DNA of 64,000 bases from Bugula neritina (lineage: Eukaryota > Animalia > Bryozoa): positions 10,964,722-11,028,721 of the forward strand of contig OZ037766.1 in NCBI GenBank assembly GCA_964035545.1, in the 5' to 3' direction. Of this stretch, positions 1 through 12,337 are shown one piece after another. A program made the position numbers and the translations under genes. The notes under the pieces were generated by a model. It did not search any database and had not been told where the DNA came from. It worked only from the letters and a program-made list of their open reading frames with translations. How positions within the stretch are numbered: position 1 is the stretch's first letter; every line of letters begins with the position of its first letter.

Positions 1-225
1 CCTACTGTTAGTGTTAGTGTCACTGTAAGTGTTACTGTTAGTGCTATAGTTACTAATACTAATACTAATAGTGTTAGTGTTGGTTACTGTTAGTAGCACG
101 TTAGTGTTATTGTTAGAGTCGGAACATTGACACAGTGACAGAGTCAGAGTGAAGCTAGACCTAAGATAAGAGTAAGACCTGTCCGTGTCAGTGTGAGTGT
201 CACTTAGTCTAACTCTAAGTCTTAC

Positions 226-307
226 CAAAAACATACACAACAAGTACTCCACCATCTGTTTTACATTGAGATATTGCAGATACGATATTGCCAGTATGCC
301 ATTTCAT
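226..307 (-). CDS. UBXN4: UBX domain-containing protein 4, first coding exon (gene continues beyond left edge)
   Basis: Minus strand reads MKWHTGNIVSAISQCKTDGGVLVVYVF(G) followed by a GTAAG donor; resembles the UBXN4 N-terminus MLWFQGAIPAAIATAKRSGAVFVVFVAG as recalled. 82 nt, phase-1 end. Confidence 0.8.
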
Positions 308-1391
308 TTTTAAAAAATGGTAGTCTAGTTGAAAGCTTAATTTAATAGATACTGCAAAATTTAAAATTTTATGTTCAACTAAAACTGACACTTGAGTGAA
401 TTATTTCTTCTACAGTTTCTACACGGACAAAAATTAGTTAGATACAGCGAGCCAACATAACGCTCTTTGGACAAAAAGACTAGAATTATATAAAAAGCTC
501 TGACCAATAGTAGACAAGAATTAATTTTTACTAAAAGCAGCACCAAGTTGGTGGTTACTAAGTGCAATAACATGTAAGAATCAAGTGTAGAGTTAGTTAG
601 GTGGTTTAAATTTAAACTTTAAGCCTCAACTCTTTATTTGAGACCCCGAACTACTGCATTGAAGTGGTTACTAACTTGGCACCCCCTTTAGCAACTTTTC
701 AGATTAAACTCTTGTTTGAAAGTGGCTCAAGACTCAAGTCAAATATTAGTACGGTATTACTATACTGTACAAGTTCCTCTAAACAATTATACAAGTAAAC
801 TTATGCCAAAAAAGACAGTGACAGTGTCGAGTGCTAGGCCTAATAAACTATAAACTTGTAAACGTGGGGCCTGCTGTCAGTATTACTATTAGTAACAGTT
901 CTAGTCACAGTAACTGTAAGGCTGTTTAGTGTTTAACTTTGACTTTGAGTATAAAATAAAAATTAAATTACTGTTAGACATCAGTAAAACTAAATAACAT
1001 TAAGTTTAACAATCACGTTAAAATTTAATAATTAACTAAATAACTTTAAGACTTAAAATTAATAATAAAGTATAGCATAAAACTAAGTGTTAGAAGTATA
1101 AGAGCTAGAGTTGAGCGTGAGATTATATGAAATTAAAATTATCAACATAGTCATAGTGTATTAATATTATACTTATAGTTATAGTCATACTGATAGTGAT
1201 ACTCAGTATCAGTATGGCGTGTAGTCACTAGTGGTACTGATAGTAATAGTTCATAAATATAATATTGATGCAACTTGAAGTTGATAGTTTAAAACAGAAA
1301 TTACAGAATTAAGTGATTGACTAAAAGTAAATTTAGCAATAGTAAATAGCAATAAGTTAGTATAAGCAAATAGATACTGATAGTAATGACC

Positions 1392-2964
1392 ATGGCAGCA
1401 GAATATAAAATTAAAAGAGAACCTAAACCTGAGCTCTTGCTGCCAGTATCACGTGTACGCACTATTATGAAAAGTTCTCCTGATGTCGAAAATATTTCTC
1501 AAGATGCCCTAACTGCTGTGACAGCTGCTACCGTAAGTTGATAATGAAAATAATAATTCATAATAATAATTTATAATTCATAAAGTATATAACTATAGAT
1601 AGTTATTATTAATAATAATTTAATAACATCATCTATATGATTCGGTGTAATTCTAATAGTAATTATTGTAAAGCTTACTGAAGCTTCAAATCTTAGTGTG
1701 TGACTTAATTCATCAGCTTTAACGTTGTACAATATTTAATGATGATGATGGATAAAATTTAGCTGAGTGATATGAAGTTTATGATAAATTATATGCCTAT
1801 TTTATTGTTTTATGCCAACAGTATTGATAGTTGAACTAATCATATTTTTTAACGTATCTACATCATATCAGTATTATAATTATAAGATGTTCTATTAATG
1901 AGGTTAACAAAAGTTAAAATATTGCAGTTGCCATGTGCAATACTGTGTTAATATTGTAAATTTCACTACTTTGCTTTTCTTATCAAGGGGTCATCAGCAG
2001 TGATTTTTTGTCAGCAAAACTAGTAACAAATGTACAAAATTGTCGCTTAATGGCGTGTCATAATTTTTAGGAACTTTTTGTCAAAGACCTTACACAAAAA
2101 GTGTACAAGCTGATGCCTCAAAAAGATATGGGTATAACTTACAATGATGTAGCAGCTTTAGTGAACAATGAAGATTCTTATGGATTTCTTGATGGTAAGC
2201 AAGATGTTAACCCATTTTTATTGAATGCATACATAACTGGTGTTATAACTTTTTTTGCCAAGTAAGTCAAACAAATAATTATAGTGTAGTAACTTGTGGG
2301 TCGAATGTAATTAAGGGTAGAACATAACTCTTATATGAGAAGAACAAATGGTGTTATAGTTGCCAAGAGTATCAATCTTTATTGTGTAGTGGATGCTTTA
2401 ATGGGTAGCCTGTATCAGGCGAGCTCCAGTAGTAGACTAAATCTACTCTGCGGAGCTCGCCTGCTTTTATACCAAAATAGGCTAGAAAAATGGTTTACAG
2501 AACAAAAGAAAAGTAGACAAAGAATCCTTTGTTCTCATCCTGTCCGAAAATCGGGAGTCCGAACATTGGGCATCCGATAATCGGAACCTGGTTCGATTAT
2601 CGGGAGCCCGAAAATCGGCAGTCCCAATTTCGGACAGGATGAAATTACGTGATCATGTTACATAAGTCTATAAAAATGAAATCGGAACAAGGTAATTACA
2701 CACGATAAAACATAAGGAAAGACAACTCTACAATGTACGCATTTCTACCACAATAGGAATCATAAATCTTGTAACCACTTTCATATATGAGCACACTTGT
2801 GTTTTCTTCTGCTAATTTTAATATGTTCTTATTTGTTCATAATTTGTTCGGTTTTAGACATTATTCCAAGGAAAACAATGGGTAGAGATATATTAAGTCA
2901 ATTAAAAAATAAAAATGACATTGAAGACGATGAAGATTTAAAATCAGAAGCTGTGGGAAGTTGA
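1392..2964 (+). CDS. CHRAC1: Chromatin accessibility complex protein 1 (H2A-like histone fold)
   Basis: Exons 1392-1532, 2071-2194, 2858-2964 (alternative in-frame ATG at 1386), GT-AG introns with consistent phases. Translation LPVSRVRTIMKSSPDVENISQDALTAVTAAT|ELFVKDL...YGFLD|DIIPRK matches CHRAC1/CHRAC15 motifs. Confidence 0.92.
2535..2642. mobile_element. Palindromic MITE-like element in CHRAC1 intron 2
   Basis: 15-bp terminal inverted repeat TCATCCTGTCCGAAA / TTTCGGACAGGATGA, internal CCGATAATCG..CGATTATCGG symmetry, GC-rich against AT-rich flanks. Confidence 0.6.
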
Positions 2965-5287
2965 GGTGATGTGGACTTGCATGATTAGGAACATCTCTCT
3001 GAAAAGTTTTATTCAGACAACATTTTGGAAATTTGTTTTATAGTTGATAAGCTTTTTGTTATCTGTAATTGTATGTACATTTCATGTACTAGCATGGTTT
3101 GTTAAGTGATATTCATTTAAAAGGAATATATCTTTAATAAGTTGGTTATAATTGTTTTGACACTCAATATTTTACTGCGTTCAACTTATAACATGATGCA
3201 TAAAGCTTTACAGTTGAAATTTTTTTTCAGAGTGCAACAAAGTGGTAAAATACATAACATAACTTGTTTTCAAAATATTGGCATATGCCATATATAGCTA
3301 CCCCAGTATGCTTTGTAAGCTCAGTGCTACACAATAAAGTTCATGAACAATTTTATTCATGTAAACTGTTGAGTGACTGTGCAAGACTGTGAAGAGCAGT
3401 CCATCAATATAAACATAGAGTGAATTATACAGGCAGCATAGCAAGGCTAGAGTTCTAAGCATAAAACTTGCTTTATGAGTATTAGTTTTGATTGGTAATA
3501 CTAGTTGATACTACCAATTTTCATACACAACAACTATTTCAGAGCTAATCTAGTTTGGCAAAATTTTCTCTGTTGAAATCAGATCATATTTTTTATTTAA
3601 AACTCATTTAGTTAACTTGATACTCAGACTATTGAACTTCTCATTCCAAGATCCAGTCAAGATTTTTATTATAAATTATAGCAAACAAAAGATATCTATA
3701 ATTTTAGTATAAAGTTATGAAAGATATAGGTTGAAAACTAACTGCCTTTTTCAAACAACTGATAATTAAAAGCATTAATTGGACTATAAAATAATACTAT
3801 AATATGTTTGATGAAACGTTGTCTTAGAAGTATTTACTAAGAAATGTCTTATTATTAGTTTTACTATATCACTTTAGAATTATTTGCTGAAACCCAAACA
3901 TTCTTATAGCTACTAGGCAGGTAGTGCTCTCCTTAGACTTTAAAAAATAGATTTATTGTTTTCACAGTGTATAGAGTGAGCAAAGTATTTGCTTAATAAT
4001 TGGTATTTGTTGTCATCAATTTATTATTTGCTAATTTATAGTTGCTTGCTTGAATTTAGTTTTAGTTATAAAAATTGGGACAAGGTGGCCAGATGCTATC
4101 TTTCTTATAATAATGAAATATTATCTCATCTTCAATATGCATACTATAATATTATAATTTTATTATTTATAGAGCAATGTCTATGTTTACAGCATTGGTA
4201 AGTCAAAATCCAGACGAAATGTGAAAAATCAATCTGCTCTTGTATATTCAAATAAGTTATTGATTGTGTCAAAACAGAAATCCTACAGACAGAGTATAAT
4301 ATATTACCTGCACAAAACAAACTATTTCACTGTATTAGAGATTCACTTAAATCAATAGCGACATTAGCTATATTACCACTTACCAGTGTTTTCTCTATCC
4401 ATACTTTTACCACTTAGAAGCAGTATAGTGGAGAAATTGAGATAGCCTAAGTTCTTTAATTTTGTTATTAAATTTTAGTTTGGGGCCATAAGTTCTTTTG
4501 CTACATTTTTAATCTAGAACATAGGCTTTTCTCAGTTTCTACATTACTAGATATCTACATCTACTTCCACTACTTCTTCTAAATATAGTTCACTTAAACA
4601 GTTTTGAATCAAGATTGTTGTTATTCAACTATGGATAACTGAACTTCACACGTGGTGAAATATTATTCAAAAAGTTTATGTGATCTATATAATGTGTATT
4701 GTGGTGGAATATAAATCAAATTAAAACTGATATAGATCGATTCACATTTTGGGAGCTTCTTAAATCCACCATTATGCTGTCTTAAATAATCATAGTGAAT
4801 GAATGCATAATTTTACATATCATTAGTGTAATCTAGATCAGTCAGGCAATAGTCATTGGTAATGTGTTGTCAGGTGCTGTCCAATAGTAGTAGCTGGTAT
4901 AAAAGCCATGTGCTTTGGTTCAATTTTTAGCTGCCTGTACAATTTGAACCAGCAGTATATTATCTTGCAGCCAACACTGAACTTCCGGTCACTATTCCCT
5001 AGGAGTTGTGTGATCTTTTGGCAAGCTGTTGAGCAGTGTTATATAGTATATGGAGCAGTTTCTAAAGGTGAATAATGATGCATTATGCATACATTGATTT
5101 TATTCTTTTGTCTCCAGCAAGCGCTAGGCATACTTGAGTTTGTGTGTTGTTGTCTTGTTTCTATGTTACTATTGTTAGTAAAGAGCCTATATGAAATGGG
5201 CTAATCAACTAGCCATTACTATGCTTCACTGTTAGCCTTCTTCGTTTTCTATACTCGTTAAATTAGTTATTTAGTTGACGCTCAAAG

Positions 5288-8200
5288 ATGTCCACTCTAC
5301 TCTGGACTATTATTTTTGGATTACATTGTATAGGATTTAGCCACGCTAAGATTGCAGAAGGCTACGTTTCATCATCCAAAGTAAGTATCATTTCTTATAG
5401 CTGACATAGTGATTTGCTACACAATTATGTTAGTCTGGATTGATAATATAAACTTGAACCTAACTTAGTTTCTAAAAAATCATGTATTTGGTAATTATAA
5501 AGATTAAACTTTAAGCAAGAAACTAAAAGTGCCTTCTGAACCAATATGTGTTTATAGATTACAAATTACAGTCTGTATAGCACTAAAATTGAATTCTCAA
5601 CTGTTTTTTTAAATATAAATATAAACATAAAAAAGTAAATTGTACTAGAAATATTTTAGTGTTAGTTAATAGTGGGATTAAAACTGCCTGAGCTGTTTGG
5701 CCAAAGCACTTTTTGTTTAGGAATTAAAATTCTTGTTTGAAAGTTTGAAATTGCACTACCGATCTGTTTTATTTATTTTGTTAATTTGTTCAATTTTGTA
5801 TTTTTAGAACTGGTACTTCTTAACTCGGTTTTGCTTTCTTGGCTCTGCAGATTCTAGTAAAGGACACGTTGGAAGACTGTCTTGGACAATTTCGTTTTCA
5901 AAGGTGCATCTACTAAGTAGTATTAAGCTTTTACAAATCTTGTTTAGGCAGGCCATATTCACATAAAATTTATAACCCAATAGAATATATATAGCCTATA
6001 TATAAACTAAATACCTTTGGGGCTTTCTGTTTTAATGTAGTAGTTATAAGTTAACATGCATTCACAAAGTACACAGATCTTTCTAAGGAATTTACAAAGC
6101 ATGGCCATATGAATTGTTTTCAAATGCCCAATACTAAGAACCTATGGCTACCTTAAAACTCATTTGTTACATTATCATTTTGTTAATAGGATAGTTACTA
6201 TTTCAATGAATCTACACAATTTCCATATAAACTGCTGCTATATCCTGACGATGAATGGGATAATGTTTATCCAGGAAGTGGTGAAGTAAGTATAAGACTA
6301 TTGAACACCATTACACGCAGCCAGCGCAACTAATCACAACTCATTTCTACTAATTATCCTCAAAGAAAGTCTATTCTAAAGCCTTATTTCCAAATCTCTG
6401 ACTCTTTAGTTTGAAACAAAATTATTACAAATTACCTAATTTAAAAAAACTCAATTTTGAATGACATAATTCAATGAAATGCATTGCTTGAGCTTTAATA
6501 TTGTTTCCGATTGCTGAATCTGTATCAACCTCTATTTTGTTACATAAAAACCTTAAGTTTTTAATTGGAGTGCCTTATGTACTATTTATCAGCCATGTGA
6601 AGAGAAAGCAGACATATTGGTCGGAACAGGAAACAGTCATTCTCTTTCTCCCGATTTTAAATTTTCTGGATGTCAAGAAGTCAGTACGGGTGCTGGACTT
6701 CAGACTGGTGTTACATACAATTGTTCTGCTGGAAAAACATTTGGTACGCCAAAAGAAAAGTGGTGGTACATCGTCATAGCAAATTGTGGCTCTCCAAAGG
6801 TTTGTCAAAATTTGAATGGTTTAAAAGCAAAACTTTAGCGCAATATTTATATAGAGTAGCCATGATTCATTGATTTGCTGATAGAAGGTAAATACTGCAC
6901 TTTATAGAAACTACCTGGTCAAGCAGTGCTTCAAAGAGACTAATATAGCTGCTCACTAATGGGTGAATTTATAACAAAAATGGCTGCTACATAAATATAA
7001 GCTACTTTAATGTGGCAGAAGTTAACCATTATCTAACTGCACACCTTCCAAAACTTTTGGTAGTCTCTTTTAACTAATGCTGATCAGGTAACAATAATTG
7101 CTAGCTTATTTTCTTAACTTTTTAACGGCATTTCAAAAAAACAATGAATGCATTAGTTGTTACTAGAGCATACTCTGAAATACAAATAAAATAACCAAAT
7201 ATAGTTTATTAAAAGTTTCTCTTTTTTTGTTTTAAAGATAAATTTTGAAAAAAACTTTCAATAGTTTTTTAAGTTTAGAAAATGGTACAGCTGTCAGATA
7301 AGGCACTCTTCTAAGTACATGATTACTAATTATATTACTAATCTAGCTGACCAATCCTGTATATACATGGTTGAAATTACAGGGAATTGATGTGTCATAT
7401 GAACTGCTCCTAACCAATGCTCCAGAGGGAAAAGTATTCTTTGAACATTACTCAGCAGATGAATTCTGTAAGCTGTACACATGTAGCTTTAGTATTTATA
7501 TGAGTTGAAAAACCTATGACTTGTATATAACACTATAATATATCTAAGTTAAGGCAAATGTAGGCCTAATGCACAAACTTTACTCATTGAAATATTATTA
7601 TTTTTGACAAAGTGTTTATATCAACCAACGGAAGTTGTTTATTTGAAATTGTATCAAGTGCTTTTATATCTATTTAACTTTGCATGAGCTGTCAGTCCTA
7701 GCTGGTGCTCAATACAATATGTAACTGATATTTAAAAAAAAATATCACTCTTTAATTTCAGTTATTCTACAGACGGACATTGGGTTCCTGGTGGCATATT
7801 TTGTTATGATTGTGCTGTCAGCTTACGTCACTTGTAAGTAATTGTTGGTATTTTCTAAACTCTAATTGGTAGAGCTGCATGTATAGAACTATAATAACTC
7901 AAAATCAATAATTTAACGCCTAAGCTTCTTATAATGTGGCCTTACAAATTTTAGGTAAAGTTATTGATTATGTTGTTTGCATTTGAATTAGAGAACGACT
8001 GATGCAGGTTAACTATAATGCCTTGATTTAAATTAATCTGTATACCATAATGTAATAACAATTTACTGCATGTTTTCTTAAGCAAGTAGAGTATTTTAAC
8101 TAGCATTTTATGTAGCTGTGTATTCATGTACTCACCTTTGACATTGGCAAGCTTTATAACTGACTATTGTTACTCATGTCTTACATTTGCCCTCTCCTAT

Positions 8201-10977
8201 ACCCAGATGCACTAAACAAAATTCAGATGTTCCATGTGACTTACAAGATATACCTGGCCTCCATCCTTATTCAGTTTCTCTCCCTTATGGTGCTGGTTGG
8301 CTACTGGTCCAACTACGGTCTCACTGGCATACCAAAAGATAGCTGGAAATACTTTGGTGAGTAAAACATCATTTATTACATTAAATATTAAATAGAAAAG
8401 ATTTGCTCATTTCTGCAAACTGTTGTACATGTGAGAATTAGCAGCAAACTATACCTAATTTTATAATGTATGATAAATCGAAGTAATTCTTAAACCTCTA
8501 TCAGTATTAAGAAAAGACTACACGGTTTGTTCAAGAATTTGTTAAAAAAAGGTTAAACTTTTCAAGTGGTAAAACTTCCTGAGCGGCCTTGCTGGGAATT
8601 TTTTTTTCAGAAAACCGTATATGTTTAACGTCTGTCTGATTATTGTGTCAATTAAACATTGTTTACTTATTCGTGTCTTTATTTTGTGTTGACTATGTTA
8701 CATGTTAGGTCGCTTCTTGGAATTTTTTGGCACAGTGCTGTTTGTGATGTTGCTAATCCTAATGGCCAAAGGTTACACCATAACCCGTGGAAGAATCAGA
8801 AAAATTGGAGTCATCAAAATTATAGTTCTCAGTATTATATATATCATCGCCACAGTGTCCATGTTCATTTGGGAAGCAACGGTAAGATAATCTAAGTGTT
8901 AACTATGTTGGAGTAGGCTGCAGCATACAAATTTTATAGCTTCAAGAGGCAAAACTCTGGTAAACTATTAACACCTGCTAACATACTATTTATAAAATTA
9001 TATTTATTTTGCTTTCTTATATTTAGTTTCTACATAAAAATATATTGTGAAGAGAACTGCAAACGTGTGTTGAATTTTTTGTTGTAGTCGTTTGATCCAG
9101 CTAAAGTGCTGTACATCTACGATAGTGTGCCAGGGTACATCCTTGTTGCCATCAGATTATTTGCTTGGTTGTGGTTTTGCTATGGAATCTTTTTTACTAT
9201 GAAAAACTATGAAGAGAAAAGAGCGTTTTACGTCCCATTTTCCGTCATTTATAGCATATGGTATGAAATCAGCATAGTATAAACATAAATATATTCACTT
9301 GAATGACTAAAAGTATGAAAAAATAGCTGCTAGATTGCACTGATTTCCTCTAGCGGCATTACTAATAGTTATACAGGTTGTGAAATGTATTCTAGTAATG
9401 AAAGAAATTTCAATAATCAATACAATATGTATTTGATTTCACAACTGTTCTTATTGTATAACCTGTTAGCTAAATACACTGGGCAAGTAACTCTTTCTTT
9501 TAAACATTGTGTTGGAACATTACAAGAGCATAGAAAGCTTTTGTTATAATATTATAGGTTTAATCGGAGTTCCATAGCTATATTACCTACCCTATGTTTT
9601 TTTCTGTATTTTGCTTACATATGTACAGCAATTTTGGCTACTACAAAAAAGCTATTTTTAGACTATTATGAACTCAGCACTTAATTTCATTCATTCCCTT
9701 TCATTCAGTCTTTGGTGATAACTACACTTCTCTATTAAAATGCAACACATTGATTATTTAAACTAAACATTTGTATTTCACTTGCATAATTTGTCATTAA
9801 TTGTAAATAACTTGTCACAAGCTTTGCTAACCATATTAAATATTTTGCATCGATCTGATTATCAATTTTCTCACAGGTTCTGGGCAGCTCCTATTATGGT
9901 ATTTATTGCATTAGATGGAATTCCTAAATGGACAAGAGAAAAGGTTGTAAATGGCGTCAACCTTTTGGTTATATCACTTGGTCATCTCGTATTTCTGGTA
10001 TGTTTATAGTACAGTTAAAATTTAAACCATGCATGCATGTTTTCATCAATATTAACTAATAGCTTATTTGTAACAATATATCATAATGCTTTACAAATTA
10101 ATTGTATTGCAAATTGCAATATAGTTTTATGTTTAGATAATTTAGAAATGAAATTAATTATAAATTTGAAGTATTGCCTAAGCAAATACATCTATCTACA
10201 AACTATATATACCAAATACTACAGATAACTGTAAATTTTATGAACTATATGACATGATAAATATGATACAAGTTGTTGACACTGTATAGTGAGAAGTTTA
10301 TTGATATTTAAAGAATTATAATTTGGAAATTGAAAGTAGTTAAATTATGAAAATGTTTCCTTTTAAGATTTTATTTAAATTCAAACTGTAATATAATCGA
10401 TGACATTCATTTTTAGATTATGACTTGGCCAAGTCAAGCTAACGAGAATTTCCCATACCATGTAAAAACAACTCAAATTACTGATGCTAGTTTGGGAGAT
10501 ACAGACAGAAGTATAGTATATAATCCCAACCACCAGCCCGTTATAGCCAATGGTAGACCTAACAGCGAGAGCATTTTTACCACTGATACAAATGTAACCA
10601 ATGGGGTAGGCTATGCAAGTTTGTTGAAAGAATACAGAATTTATTTCTCATACTCTGTTAATAGAAAATTTTACTGTACATTATTTTCACCGCACTAAAA
10701 GACCAAAATATAAGAATCCTAAATCAAATTTATGGCCAGATCTGAGATCACCATTGTCAATGCACATCTGTTGCTAGATCGGATAAAACATTCTATTGTT
10801 AAGAATAAAAATCAAAGTATTTATTATGTGATTTTCTTCAATCTGATGGAAGATTTTGTTTTAACCACCAGGTCTGCTATCTGTTTACAGAAAGTAAATA
10901 TGGACCGGTTTCCACATGAGACCGGAGATTACATTCAAGAGCGAGCCATAGCCATGAGCAAGATTGGAGAAAAGTAG
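5288..10977 (+). CDS. TMEM145: Transmembrane protein 145 (GOST/GPR180-like 7TM family)
   Basis: 12 phase-consistent exons: 5288-5380, 5808-5903, 6190-6285, 6593-6799, 7383-7467, 7762-7833, 8207-8356, 8709-8881, 9088-9260, 9877-9997, 10417-10605, 10891-10977 (last splice less certain; read-through stop at 10698). Signal peptide and motifs WYFLTRFCFL, EKWWYI, HYSADEF, KGYTITRGRI, FDPAKVLYIY, IPKWTREKVVNG, NFPYHVKTTQI. Confidence 0.95.
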
Positions 10978-12337
10978 CCCCCCCCCCCTGATCTTGGTTA
11001 CTGTGTTTAGTGAATGTCACAACAGCATGAAAGTGTTGTGCTTATGGTTAATAAACTTATTTACATTGTTTTAGATGTATAAATTAAATGATATCCAATG
11101 CAACAACATAGTTATAATATTTTTACATCCTTGTTGATCATTATTTTATCAGCTTTTTGTACTCTTATGGTTATTGCAAAAAATACTATATAAGAATAGT
11201 TAGCTTGTTTTATTTGAGGTCTGTCCACATAATGACTTTTCTCCAAAGAAAGAACAGCCTTGTTATTTCTTCACAAGCTTTTTGAAAATCAGTGCCATGT
11301 AAGGGCTCATTGATTTTGAATGGAAATTTGTTTTTGGGACATATTTTCATGGTAACAACCTTATGTGGACATAATTTTTAAAAACGGTTTTAGCACACAA
11401 ACTTAGCTTGACCTTAATTATTTATTTTATTATTGTGCTTTATTCATTTATTTTGCTTTATTGAGTGCTTGCTAAATGCACCAAGTTTGTGTGGTCATTG
11501 TTTATAGCCATTACCTTCAATTAGTTCATTTGATTAACAAATAGTATCTCTATTTTCTTACAATTAGTACTTCAATAAACACTGAATAATGTAAATTTCG
11601 ACAATAACAAGCTTTATGTAAGACAATTTAGCCCATTCACCATTTTTGACCTCATTCAAAGCAATAGCAAGTAATAGCTGGCCAGAGCATGCTCAATAGC
11701 ATGCTAGAATATGAAAAATACTCGAGCTACTGAGTCAACTTTTATTTTTTTAAAAACAATTATCACAACTACAATAGAATATAATTGGAAATTGAGTTAG
11801 TATAGACAAAAAAAGAGTAATAAAAATATTATTTCAATTCGCTTAAGCTAGTTATCAGATAAATATAATATTGAACTCGGCCCCTTTTACCATAGCAAGA
11901 AACATATTGAAGGATTTCATTGTATTATAGGCCTACTGTATTTTGCCATTGAAAATCCAACTTTCAAGTAGGTAAACCTGTTCACACATCATATTAAAAT
12001 CCATACACCACAGGTTAATTCAAATTCATTAACTCGCCACTAAGTAGGTTTTCTAATTCATAAAAAGTTACAAAGCTGGGGAATTCTGTGTATTATACAG
12101 CAGAAATGGTCAGCTGATAGATAATAGCCACAATGAACCTTCAGTAAACATATGGAAAACAGACATGCTATTGATATCAGAATATCTACTGTTCGTTACT
12201 AAAAACCAACGGCAAAGCAGAATTCATTTATGTGAATACACAGCTATATGTCTCAGAGAATACTAATAAATAGTATATGCCAATAGATAATACTCCATGA
12301 TGCACTATTCACTGTCTTGATATACAATGTGGTGAAG

